Origin: Chrysomallon squamiferum
Taxonomy: Eukaryota; Animalia; Mollusca
DNA length: 64,000 nt
Direction: 5' to 3'
Assembly (NCBI GenBank): GCA_012295275.1
Contig: CM022672.1
Span: 28,706,001 to 28,770,000 of the forward strand
The stretch's first letter is position 1. The number at the start of each line of letters is the position of its first letter. Made by a program: the position numbers and the translations under genes. This document shows positions 1 through 11,730 of the stretch, piece after piece. Below the pieces are notes generated by a model that did not search any database, was not told the DNA's origin, and saw only the letters and a program-made list of their open reading frames with translations.

Positions 1-533
1 AACAGTAATCATAACATTGTGATGCTTTATTTATTTTTGTCATAATTTTAAAAGAATTGTATCATTGGATATGCAAACACTGGTAAACATGTGTTATCTA
101 CTTTCAAACAAAAACCTGTATTAAACAGATTTATAAGTTAACTGTTATTTCAGTATGTCCTTGGAAAAATTACTGCAACTACTTAAATGCAGACATATAA
201 TCAGCAAGTGTAAAAAATGTCAAAACTTAAAAATCAACTCAAATGATTCACTATAGTGCATTTAATGATACAACATAATTCAACCATTTTTCTTTTATTT
301 GTTTAATTGACATAAATTTAGTTTAGATATGAGAAAGTAACTGATTTTTTCACTTTTTTCTGAAGACTGGCACAAACATTCTGGTTTCTGTTAACTATAA
401 ACATTCTATCTCTAGTAATCCAGTCAGCAGAACAAGTATCCATTTAAAGATGAATTTTATGTGGAAAATTCTTAAGGAACTATATCCATTACTACTGCGT
501 GCCTTCTCACACTCAGTCCACAACAAACATTCC

Positions 534-780
534 TCAGTGTAGCGTTTTACTGAGGGCATGAAGTCGCATGTGTGCATGTAAGTTGTCCTTTCTGTTAAAC
601 ATACTGCCACATATGGAACACATGTGCTTAACAACCTTTTGATGCAAGCTTTTCTTGTGCCTGGACAAATTATTTGGTAGTGAAAACCGTTGACTGCATA
701 TATCACAGACAAAAGCACGCTTCAATTGTCCTATATGAGAATTGATGGGTTTTCCCCTTGCTTTCTTAAGAATGATCCCT
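534..780 (-). CDS. Gene A alternative terminal exon V16: C2H2 zinc-finger pair (GIILKKARGK...CDICSQRFSLPNNLSRHKKSLH...CSICGSMFNRKDNLHAHMRLH)
   Basis: Acceptor tttctttttcag, 1 nt completes the codon from the phase-2 donor, open to TGA; length 1+246 nt. Confidence 0.85.
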
Positions 781-1344
781 CTGAAAAAGAAATGATGGAT
801 TTTGTAACAAACTGAATGTTATTCATGTAAAATAACAACAACTCATATTCCTTACCCGTAGTAAAAAATCCTTTACAATTTTAACAAAAATTACTTTCCA
901 GCATGATGAAAACTGATGACATTTTTTGTTAACACCTTACAAGAAACAGCAATCATCAAATATATGATGTAAAAAATAAAATGTAAATCAACTTTATTTT
1001 TAATAAAACTGTGAGATGTATGTTTTTAAAATAATGGTTGTCTGCATTCTAATATGTTCTGTTTTGTTACTCTGTAGTATATTTTACATGCTTCCAAAAA
1101 ACAATCACGTTAATTATTGACAATGAAGTGGAAATACAGTATATAAAAAATCAATTTTATTTCTAAACACATGGCAATTTATTGCCTTTCATATCATTTA
1201 GACTACAAGATTAACTGCAGCACAGTTAATAAAAGACAATCTTTTAAAAATAAAATATTGATTATTTGGAACATTTTGAATAACTTAAAACCATCCTCAT
1301 CACAGTTGGAGCCACCCAAAACCAAATATTACCAACATGGGTAT

Positions 1345-1579
1345 CTACTGCTTTAAATGAATGTCAAAGTGTTTTTTTAAATTGTCTTTTCTGTTGTAGT
1401 GTTTACCACAGACTGCACAAGTGAACTTCACCACTGACTCATGTACTGTCATTTTATGTCTGTGGAGGTTTTTTGAGTAAGAAAATTCTTTATGACAAAT
1501 TTCACAAAAGAAAGTTCTTTTAGGTCTCAGTGAATTGAAGTCTTCAGTTGTAAGTCCCAAATTCCTTAATCCACTTAAT
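1345..1579 (-). CDS. Gene A alternative terminal exon V15: C2H2 pair (CEICHKEFSYSKNLHRHKMTVH...CAVCGKHYNRKDNLKKHFDIH)
   Basis: Acceptor tttcttctttcag in phase 2; ORF 1345..1653 reads F-R across TTCAG|A; length 1+234 nt. Confidence 0.85.
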
Positions 1580-2398
1580 CTGAAAGAAGAAATAATGGGA
1601 TCAGTTAGAAGTAATTGGGTCAGATGATTAGGAATGGAATGGTTTTCAAACAAGAAAAGTGTATTTCATGTACAGACTGAGTACAGTTTGTCAGTCAATG
1701 AAGTTTTAACAAACAGCTTAATTTAACTTTATAGTCTGAACTGCAGTTGTCAGTGTATAAATAGAATGCACTGGTAACGTGTCATCATAAAAGTGAGTGT
1801 GGGTTAATTTAACACAGGTTCTATTTTTTGCCACCTCAGCACTGAAGTCTGTACAGTGCATCCATGTGATCAGAGAAAACTAATATCTTTCATTCTTAAA
1901 CCACCAATATACATTTCTTACTATATCTAAGTTATTTACAACAAATACATACTGAATTTACCTCCATAAAAGTGAAATTTCTAGAAATCAATAAATCAAT
2001 AAATAAAAGGGATTTAATTAAAATTTATTAAGCTTTAAAAAATGACAATAGGTAGATTTGTGTAAAACAAACATTAATACACATAATTTTAAGAATAAAA
2101 TGTAATACTTTTTTTTTTCTAAATTACTGAATTCAACCTTTAATATTTTATCCTTCATCATACACTGTTGTTGAATTTGTTTGAGTAACAAAGCATAAAA
2201 ACACAAAGAGTGCTTTGAAATATTTCATAAATGATTTTTTTTTTTTTTACTTACAAATAAAGAAACAAACAGAAATAAGAATGTAAAATAAATAACAGTA
2301 ATCTGAACAAATAAACAGTAAGGTTTTTATAACTGTATTTACAAATTAATATAATGAATGAGAAACACCAGTAATAAGAAGCGTGAACAAAATTTAAA

Positions 2399-2654
2399 TC
2401 ACACACTGTTATTATGAACTAAGTTTTCAGGATGGCATGATTTAAGATGAGCTGTTAAATTATCTTTCCGATTATACTGCTTTGAGCAGAAGGGACACTT
2501 GTATTTCAACACATTTTGATGCAAGGTCCTAAGATGTCTCATTAAACTTCTTTTATAAGCAAATTTCTGCCCACAAATTTGACACACACAGTCTTCCTCT
2601 CTTTGTACTGGAGGCCACTGTCTTGGCCGAGTGGTTAGTTCCAGACCAGGTCTT
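2399..2654 (-). CDS. Gene A alternative terminal exon V14: C2H2 pair (CQICGQKFAYKRSLMRHLRTLH...CPFCSKQYNRKDNLTAHLKSCH)
   Basis: Acceptor tttgttctttcag, phase 2, length 1+255 nt. Confidence 0.85.
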
Positions 2655-2777
2655 CTGAAAGAACAAAGCACTGAGTTGGTTAGATGGTCTGGTAACACAA
2701 TGATCATAGTCCAGCTAAAATTTAACATTCACTGATCAAGTGTTTTAAATGTCATTAAGTAACATACTAGACGTTCA

Positions 2778-3012
2778 TCACACCATCATGGAGCTGTGCG
2801 TTTTAAGATGTCTGTTCAGAGTGTCTCTTCTGTTGAAAGATTTCTTACAGACAGAACAGAGGAAACTGTAAACACTCCCATGTACAGTCTTTTTATGCCT
2901 GGTCACATCATAAGAATAAACAAATTGTCTGTTGCAGATTTCACATTTAAATGGAAGACTTGAGTCTTGTGGACTCCGAGCTGAACACCTTGGATGATTG
3001 TTTCCCCTCATT
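2778..3012 (-). CDS. Gene A alternative terminal exon V13: C2H2 pair (CEICNRQFVYSYDVTRHKKTVH...CSVCKKSFNRRDTLNRHLKTH)
   Basis: Acceptor ctttgttttttcag, phase 2, length 1+234 nt. Confidence 0.85.
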
Positions 3013-4125
3013 CTGAAAAAACAAAGGTTCACTCGATTTTGAAGACATCTTTTCTTTTGTTTTCCTTTATAGTGAACCCTTGAAATTAACAGTTCCAATT
3101 AACATTTCAACACATTCAACACATATGTAATTTAAAAATTATTTAACATACTTTTCAAATTTCTGTGTAAATTTATTTATAACACATCTGAAAATGTAAT
3201 ATTTTTAATCACAATAAAACATTTTTTTTTATCATTATTATTCAAGTGAATTTGAAGGTGAGAAAAAGGATTTTCTTAGTAAGCCCTATTTCTATACAGA
3301 TATGTTATCTATGGCTGTTTATTAACAACTTGATTAGTTATTTCTGTCATGACATTAAAATTAATCATTAGTAAGATACACAGGGAACAAACTATTTTAA
3401 AATGTCTTTTGTATTTTATTTTATTTTGTTATTTCATTTTTTTTCCCCTCGGGCATAATACAGATCTCAGAACAATTATCAGTATAAAGAAATAAAGATT
3501 ATAAAATGAATGGCAAGAGAAATGCTGTCATATGCATTATAATAAAACAACACACATGCAACAGCAAATAAGAATATTTATTAATCAATTTTTGTAACTG
3601 TTGCTATTTTCAAGTTTACTAAGGTTACAAATTAAGTACTGTATAAAGAAAGAAAACCTAAAAGTGCATATATATAAATGCTTATCAATTAATGTTTTGT
3701 TTCTCATGCTGTAGATCAATGTGAATTTGCAGTGCAATTTGATAAAATCAGCTGAATGAATCTGTTAGTGCTGTATGTTTGCAGCAATAGACCAAGATGA
3801 ATCTTGGTTTCAGTAGTGACTGTATTTACAAGAATTCACAAAGTGTGGTATCATATTACCATTTCAAAGTATAAACATTCAAACTGTAACAAGTCTCTAA
3901 CAAAGAATAAACATAAAGAATAGTAAATTTACAAACTGTTGACAATTATTCAAAGAACAATGCCTCAGTCTATTAACAAATTACACATAATGTATTTCAA
4001 AATTATCGTAGTAAATAATCTCAAATACTGTAATTTTGTTTGTTTAATATTAAGATACAAAGTCAGATTAACCAAGACATGTTTTTGTTGCAGCTAATCC
4101 ACAACACTATCTGAGCTTGCTTAAG

Positions 4126-4359
4126 TTAACATGACTGATGTGGTTTATGGTGGACATTAAGACATTGTGTGAGGTAATCCTTTCAAATGAAGTCACTGTC
4201 ATATTTAGAACACTGGAATCTCAGAATGTGGATGAACGTATCTGGAGATGACATAAATCTGTGTGCCATACAAACACAGAACAAGATACAGATATCCACT
4301 TTACTTTGATTTTTATTTGAATAAGATTTCATGGAATACCACACAATTGTCTGGCCTGT
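4126..4359 (-). pseudogene. Decayed zinc-finger exon V12 of gene A
   Basis: Acceptor tgtttcag kept, but the phase-2 frame stops after 9 codons. Another frame reads FQCSKYDSDFI*KDYLTQCLNVHH, i.e. finger 2 with ligands lost and R of RKD changed to TGA. Confidence 0.7.
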
Positions 4360-4797
4360 CTGAAACATAAAAAGAAAAAAGGCTTGAAATGTTTTCTAAA
4401 TGTAGACATTTCTTGGATGATTCATTCAACAGTCTTCATTATTTTTGAGTTAATTTTGAGTTAACATCTTTCAGACATGCCAATATTCAAAGAAATATTA
4501 ACATAAAAATTTACAACAACACAATTTGTTTTGGTATTAACTGCAATTGCAGATTAAATACTTCAGTATCAAATCACATATAATTTACCTTTACACATGA
4601 CAAGGCTGTGGATTACTTCTAAATAACAGGTATAATTCTTTAGTAGGTACTGAAGAAGGAAAAGTTCCTAAAGTATCCTGTAACATTACTACAGAATGCT
4701 TGGCAAAGAATATTTTAAGTGAGGAAAATAAATATTTAAATTCAAGTAACATAAAATAAGTCTGCTTGTTACATACTGCTAAATCTGAGATTTCATA

Positions 4798-5011
4798 CTA
4801 TGAGGGATGTTGGCACTTCATGTGGAATTGAAGGTTATCTTTTCTAGTATAGGATTTTCCACAAACAGGACATTTGTACCGTGTTGCTCTGATATGTACA
4901 GTCTGTTCATGTCTGTGAAGATCATGTTGACGACCAAATACTGCAGAACAGAACTGACACAGTAAAAAAGATGTAGATCTACTTCTTGTTGGTCTTCGTT
5001 TCCAAATTTGT
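4798..5011 (-). CDS. Gene A alternative terminal exon V11: C2H2 pair (CQFCSAVFGRQHDLHRHEQTVH...CPVCGKSYTRKDNLQFHMKCQH); this frame is absent from the ORF track
   Basis: Manual translation from acceptor ttttgatttcag, phase 2, length 1+213 nt to TAG. Confidence 0.85.
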
Positions 5012-5468
5012 CTGAAATCAAAAGTAACAACTTGGATGACAAATATACCAGCCCTGTCCAGTGTTAGATTCTTTTCACTAAACCAAATACAATAAACATT
5101 TTACTTTCTTCTGACAGGGCATCGATAAATTACCTTTAAGTGCATCATTTCAGACTGTTTGAGATCCAAATGGACTATTTCAACTGTTACAGTCTAAGAT
5201 TATGAAAAGCAAACAACTAAAACTTTGTTATGGTTGTAAGGAATTCCAGTAAGTGAATACCCCATGAAAACTGCACCAACATTGTAGTATGTATTTTATT
5301 GTTAATATCAGATTGTTTGATATCACTGCACACACAGCACACAAACATCTCACCAATTAAAACTTTGGAATTTACATTCACAGTTGTATTTCCTAATGAT
5401 TTGAAGAAAAGCAGTCCAGTTCTGACTCAAAATAAAGACAGTAATGAATCTGTTTTTACTGAGGTAGA

Positions 5469-5655
5469 TCAGTGGCGTAACTTCATGTGGTGTAGCATAC
5501 TATCCTTTCTAGTAAAGAATTTCCCACAAACTGAACATTTATACTTGGTGGCTCTGATATGCACTGTCCTTTCATGTCTAAGAAGATCATGACGTCGAGA
5601 AAATACTGCATTACAATACTGACAACATCCTGCTGCATTTCTCTTTCTGTGCTGT
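5469..5655 (-). CDS. Gene A alternative terminal exon V10: C2H2 pair (CQYCNAVFSRRHDLLRHERTVH...CSVCGKFFTRKDSMLHHMKLRH)
   Basis: Acceptor ttttgctttcag, phase 2, length 1+186 nt; close tandem duplicate of V11 (shared TVHIRAT linker). Confidence 0.85.
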
Positions 5656-6404
5656 CTGAAAGCAAAATGAACAATTTTCATTCTTCACAACACATTCAAA
5701 ATTTGTTGTTTAATTTTCCACGTTTTATTATTATAAATATATATTTTTATACAAATTACCAAAATTGTTTGAGAGCAACTGAATTGTGATTGCTAAAAAA
5801 ATCACAAAGAAACATTTGTTAAACTCAAATTGATTTTATTTCATCTATATTATTAATAAATTATGACAGAAATTAACCACGCAGGCATTCATTCTTTCTC
5901 AGTATATAAACTGTTCTTACTGTAATATAAACAATTTCACTAATAATAAATTTAAAAAACCAAATTCCTTTCATATGTATATGAAGTCTTCTTCCAAATA
6001 ACCAAAATCACTGGTAAAATATGTCACTGTCTATTCTGTTAGTTATCAGCACTCTCCTGTTTACTTGTTTTTGTTGCACAGGGTATTTGCAAAATGCTAG
6101 ACATAAACTTCAATTATGTCACTTTTGTTTTAATACGAATAAAATCAATTTGTGGTGACTCATAGACATGAAAACTTTTATCAGCTATAGGTTATTTCTC
6201 CTCACATTTGGTTGTTACAAATTTTTTTTTTTTTATGATGTCTGCTGTTAAGACTGCAAACCAATTTGCAACATATAAGTTCTAAAATAACCATCACAGC
6301 AGACAGCATTTTACTAAAAAACGTAAATGTTTCTGTTTAAATGAATGTCCATTCACTTTACTTCTAATTAGTTCTTTTTAATTAAGCATTTATTTTTTTT
6401 GTCA

Positions 6405-6435
<31 letters not shown>

Positions 6436-7627
6436 TATATTTATTACATAGTTTTCAAGCTAGGTAAGAAAAATAGGGAGAAGTAGCATTTCCCGCTATA
6501 TACAACAGGGTTAAGTCAAGGTGAAATTTTTTGAAGATGAAATGAGACAACAGGACATAACCTTGCCTTTCTCATGAAATTAAACATCTACAAGTATGCA
6601 TCAATATTCTGTTTCTAGTAAAAACATGGCCTTTAAGTAAATAGTTTATATATACTCATGCAGTAACAGGTAAAATTATTCAACAGTTGTATTCTTGTTT
6701 GTATATGATTACCTGCAGCCTGCTTCCTTGACTCGGGCCACTACTTGCATAGGTTGTGAAGTGTAATCTTTACAGTGCATGTAATTATTTTCAGTCACTT
6801 AACATGTAAATCTTAGTTAATTTGAGTACAAGTTTATTAGAACAGTGTTTATTCTCAACATCAACAGTAAAACAATACATTTTTGCAACTATTCATTCAG
6901 TTGTTCACATGACCTTCTTCCACGTAACCTGTAAGTGACTGTAGCCATTTCCACAGTACTCATTCCTGGACACAAAGTCCGTTTTAAGTATTGAATGGTG
7001 TGAGAAGGAGATTTGTGTTTATTGTCATAAAAAAAATTCCAGGTAGGCTCACAGAAAAACAAAGAAAATTTATTAATAATCTTTATACCAGTTTCTTTGT
7101 GTTTGAAAGCATGAAACTTGAAAAATTGGCAGCATTATTATAAAATTATATGTAATAAATATATTTTGAAATAACAAATTTGCTGCCCGAATGTAAAATG
7201 TGGCCATGTGATTGTTGGATAAAATTGGAGGCAAAATGCACACTTGCAACTTCCAAAACATATTTAAAAAATAATAATAAATAAATTTTGAAAAATGAAA
7301 TGGAAGAAACCTAAGAATGCCACTGTGGGCTAAAATAACGTGAGGTTTAGTTCAATATATGACAAAATATTTCCAAATAAATGTTTTATTGAAATGTTTA
7401 AACCAAAAAATATTAAAAACAATTAAATTACTCTTTGAACATATACATTAAAACAGATGTTGAATATTTTGGTGTGTGAGTGTTCGTGTGTGTTTAATCA
7501 TCATCAATTTTTTTTAAATTATTCTATTCAGTAAATCAACTTTTTGTTTCTAAATTTGAAACCTTTTTAGCTGTTCAGATATAATCCATCTGGGACTGAA
7601 CTAAATTTGTAGCCTTCTGAATTTACG

Positions 7628-7862
7628 TCAGTTCACATCTGGGTGAAGTCTCCTGAGATGTTCGTTATATTTATCTTTGCGAGTGAATTGTTTAGAACAC
7701 ACTGGACAAATGAACATGCACACACGCAGGTGGATTGACCTCCAATGCCTGAGCAAGTCATATTTACGAGAGAAAAATGTGTTGCAAACACTACAAGGAA
7801 TTTTTTTTGTATCTGTTGCTAAGAGTAAGGACTGGCTTGGTGGAAATCTGTTCTGGGCCCAC
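7628..7862 (-). CDS. Gene A alternative terminal exon V9: C2H2 pair (CSVCNTFFSRKYDLLRHWRSIH...CPVCSKQFTRKDKYNEHLRRLH); absent from the ORF track
   Basis: Manual translation from acceptor ttcttcttctttcag, phase 2, length 1+234 nt. Confidence 0.85.
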
Positions 7863-8449
7863 CTGAAAGAAGAAGAACAGTTCTGTCATCACTCTTCACA
7901 TCTGTTGACCTGTAATACACCATTATTTATCATAATGTTACCATTCTGAAAACAAAAATATTTTAATGTGATTCAGTTTCTGAATTATTTATCTGAAAGC
8001 AGTTATTGTTCATATTATTTAGGGGAATAAATCAATTTATTAAAAATGCATTTCATTACTAAATCCTTATCATGTTTTACAAATGTACTTTAAAATCACC
8101 TTAAAAAAAAGCAGTGTATTATAATAGATTAAATTAAATAATTTTGACATCATAAGCAGTGTAAGTGTACATAGTATCCTAGTTCCACCCAGATTATCTG
8201 GCTCAGTAGTCAAATGTTTAACCTATATTATTACACAAACAATATCTGTTCATCTTCACCTTTTTTTAATTCATTTGCTGAAAACATTCTTTTTGCAGTT
8301 TTTCCTAAACAAATGTCTTAAAATGTATTTTGACAACCAATGTGAATGGATGGATTCTTCAACAATCCAAGCAAATATTTCCACAGTAACCAAATTAAAC
8401 AGGAATGTACCAAACAAAATTAAATATTTATTGAAAAAAAATTAATGAT

Positions 8450-8732
8450 CTAAGTATTTCCTGTTTGTAATGAATTCAATGCTTTATCACCAGAATGATA
8501 TTTTTTCAAATGTTCTTGAAGTCTGCTTTTGCGAGTGTATCGCTTGTCACAGAAAGAACAAACAAAGTTTGATACTCTAAGATGAACACTTTCCCAATGT
8601 CTGGTAAGTGTAAATTTACGTGAAAACACCTCATTACATCTGCTACACAGCAGCTTTTTGCCAATTTTTGTTAATGCATGTACTGATGCACTCGTATGTT
8701 TATTACTCTCAAGTAATTGATTCAGCATCAAC
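8450..8732 (-). CDS. Gene A alternative terminal exon V8: C2H2 pair (CSRCNEVFSRKFTLTRHWESVH...CSFCDKRYTRKSRLQEHLKKYH)
   Basis: Acceptor tttttcttctttcag, phase 2, length 1+282 nt. Confidence 0.85.
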
Positions 8733-9149
8733 CTGAAAGAAGAAAAAATTCAAAACTAAAATCTGTTAAAATCCAAAAAAATAATCTACCAAGATAAAAT
8801 ATTATATCAATTATATTTTATGACCACATATTTTACAAGGAACAGTTTATACATGATTGAACAGTAACTCAAGACAACCAGATTAGCATTATCAAACTGT
8901 ACAAATCAAATCTACATGCAAACTTTCAGTTTCAAAAGTGTAGGTCTTTTAATTAAAAAGGTATTGGAAAATGATCACAGATGCTGAGAAGTGGAGCTGT
9001 TTTGTTTCCTTTTTAATATTGGGTTCTACAATGGATTCCAGTCTATTTAATGAACAAGATCTCCTTGTATGAAGTCATATAACATAAAAATTGCTGCTCA
9101 AGAACTTGTTCACAATCAAAACAACTGTCAGATAACATTCACAACTTGA

Positions 9150-9360
9150 CTAAATTATCTAACTCTAAAAGTAACAGATTCAGTAAGGATCTTTTTGACA
9201 CAGTACTGAAGTTGATCCTTTCTACTATTCCATCTGCTACATAATATACATAAACTGATTCCATATTTTCAGGAGAATAATGAACAGCACAGAATACATT
9301 TCCTTTTATAGAAGTTTGACTGTGCAAAATAAAGATCTCTGAATTGTTTCAGACCTCAAT
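9150..9360 (-). pseudogene. Decayed zinc-finger exon V7 of gene A
   Basis: Acceptor ttcttctttcag like those of V8/V9; phase-2 frame stops after 17 codons; shifted frames keep MESVY and LCSRWNSRKDQLQYCVKK. Confidence 0.6.
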
Positions 9361-9857
9361 CTGAAAGAAGAATAAACAGAAAATGATCTCAGAAAACAAC
9401 CTTTTACCTAGCTTGTTATAACTCACAGAACATCAAGTAGTCTGAACTAAATTAGAGTATTCCCATTTTAATCCTTAAAATGTAAACACTGAGCCATTCA
9501 ATTTAAAATATTAATTCTTAAGAAACACACTGAAAGCTCAGAAGATATTCTTTACTAAAATGTCTACTAAATCCAAGTTTCAGATACTAAAGCATGAACA
9601 TTTTTATCCAGAAATTGGAGAAAAAACACATAAATAAGTAAATCCTGACATCAACATTTGTTTTCATGTAATTTTATTTCTAAAAAATTTCTATATGAAA
9701 TTGATCCACTTCCATTATTTAATTCTTTGTTGTTGTTATTGTATTTTTTTTTTAACAAGAAAATATGCAAATTTTAAAAAAATAGAAATGAAAAACAAAA
9801 TTAAAGTCTGAAAACAGTTAATTCTTTGACATAAACTTCTTTGTATTAAAAACAAAA

Positions 9858-10095
9858 TCATCTAACACTTCTGACTGGACCACTACATGTTTTAAGATGA
9901 GAATGTAGCTTGTCTTGTCGAGAAAATATTTTCCCACAAAAGTTACAAGAGTATTTCCTTTTTTGATGAATGCTGCGAATATGTCTGTACAGATTGTAAG
10001 CATATCTGAACCGCTGCTGACACAAATCACATACTACTGGTGATGGTCCTTGGTCAAACTTTTTTCCTGCACTAGGCTCAGTTGTATCCAAACAG
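9858..10095 (-). CDS. Gene A alternative terminal exon V6: C2H2 + C2HC pair (CDLCQQRFRYAYNLYRHIRSIH...CNFCGKIFSRQDKLHSHLKTC)
   Basis: Acceptor tttcatttccag, phase 2, length 1+237 nt. Confidence 0.83.
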
Positions 10096-11002
10096 CTGGA
10101 AATGAAATATCACAAAGGCATCAGAAACGTTTTGCAGCTTCAAGTGACAGAGGAATAATGAAAGTAAAGAAATATGTATATCAAACAATCAGCTGTTTTA
10201 CCTGTCAAATGACACTAAGCACATTTTTATACATATATTTAAAATAGTATGTTATGAGATGTATTAAGGGTTAATATCTGTCAGTTTTTAACATTCAGAT
10301 ATATATATACTACACTATACAAAAGAAGAAAAATTAAACAGTTATATAATAAACAAATTACTGATCATTAAGAACAGAAAATTATGTCATTTAGCAAAGA
10401 TTAAAAGCATGAATATTACTACAGATCCAGGATATTTATTGTTGATTATTACTAACACCATCAGCTGGAATACTGATATGATGGGCAACACATACAAACA
10501 AACAAAAATATTCCATCTATTTTACTGTAAATCATTACAGCACTGATGCAGTGTTGCAATTCTAGTAAAAAATTACAACAGTAAAAAATAAAATCATTTA
10601 TCAAGATATTCATCATACTTCTTCAAGTTTTATTATTAACAACAAACGAACTTGATTACAAGGAAATATTTCTTCCGATAAATGTTTGTTTTTATAATTT
10701 ATTTCAAACAAACAACAATCTGTTTTTCTTAAGTCAATCAACTGTTACAAAGTTTTATTAAAATCCTCCATTCCTTCACCTTAGCCACATTAGATATGTT
10801 GATCCTTATTATTGTTTTGTGAAAAGATTCTCCCACAAATAGCACACCTCTGACTATTTGCTTGCACTGCTTTACTTAAAAATTATTTTTCTGGCCACAA
10901 ACTGAAACAGGTAAGTATCAAATCATAAAAATAATATGCTTTACAAAGGTACCTTTTTAGTTAAAGTTATTAACACTCAGTAAGCACAAGCAGACTGAGA
11001 TT

Positions 11003-11225
11003 TCACTGACTATTCTTGTATGCTTTGCAATTCATTTTTTTATGTCTGACAAGACTATCCTTTCTCAGAAACCACTTGCCACATCCTGGACATTGCACTT
11101 GCAATTTTTCATGCACACTTCTGTAATGTCTCACAAGGTCTTTAGTAAGTCCAAATGTTTGGCTGCACTGTAAACAAACAGCTTTATCTTTAAATCCTGA
11201 GAGTGGAATCTTGCTGCCATTTCCT
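11003..11225 (-). CDS. Gene A alternative terminal exon V5: C2H2 + C2HC pair (CLQCSQTFGLTKDLVRHYRSVH...CPGCGKWFLRKDSLVRHKKMNC)
   Basis: Acceptor ttgttttgtttgcag, phase 2, length 1+222 nt. Confidence 0.85.
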
Positions 11226-11498
11226 CTGCAAACAAAACAAGAATCACTGTCAAAAAACATTACCATATATTCTAGAGAGGACCAGTTCAAAACAGACACA
11301 TGCCATAAAATTACACTTCTCTAAACTGAAATCATTTGTTTAAAGTTAATTATCCAGGAACACATTTCACAAAATAACTGAAGTGCTGTTATCCCATTGT
11401 TACCATATACTTATCAATCTACACTGAACACAAAACCAAAAAAACATTTAAAGACCAGTTTAAGGCTCCTGAACCAACTCACATATGAATAATATGAA

Positions 11499-11730
11499 CT
11501 AAAATGTTTTTCCTTTGTTTTTAAAGGTTTGGCAAATATGTTTAGAAATGTGTCTGACTAAAGCATCCTTTCTGTTGAATGATTTGCCACAGCCATCACA
11601 AACAGCACGCAGTTTCTGATGTACACTTCTGAAATGTCTAAGAAGATCTTTTGAAAGCCCAAAAGATCGGTTGCACTCAATACAAAAAGGTTTGTTTTGA
11701 TGCTCTGAAGTGCTTCGAGATCGATGAGGT
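11499..11730 (-). CDS. Gene A alternative terminal exon V4: zinc-finger pair (CIECNRSFGLSKDLLRHFRSVH...CDGCGKSFNRKDALVRHISKHIC); absent from the ORF track
   Basis: Manual translation from acceptor ttctgtttgcag, phase 2, length 1+231 nt; tandem duplicate of V5 (FGLxKDL). Confidence 0.85.

Noticed and set aside
6560-6700. Minus-strand GHVFTRNRILMHTC resembling a decayed finger 2
   Set aside because: Too few matching residues and no convincing acceptor; cannot be told from chance.
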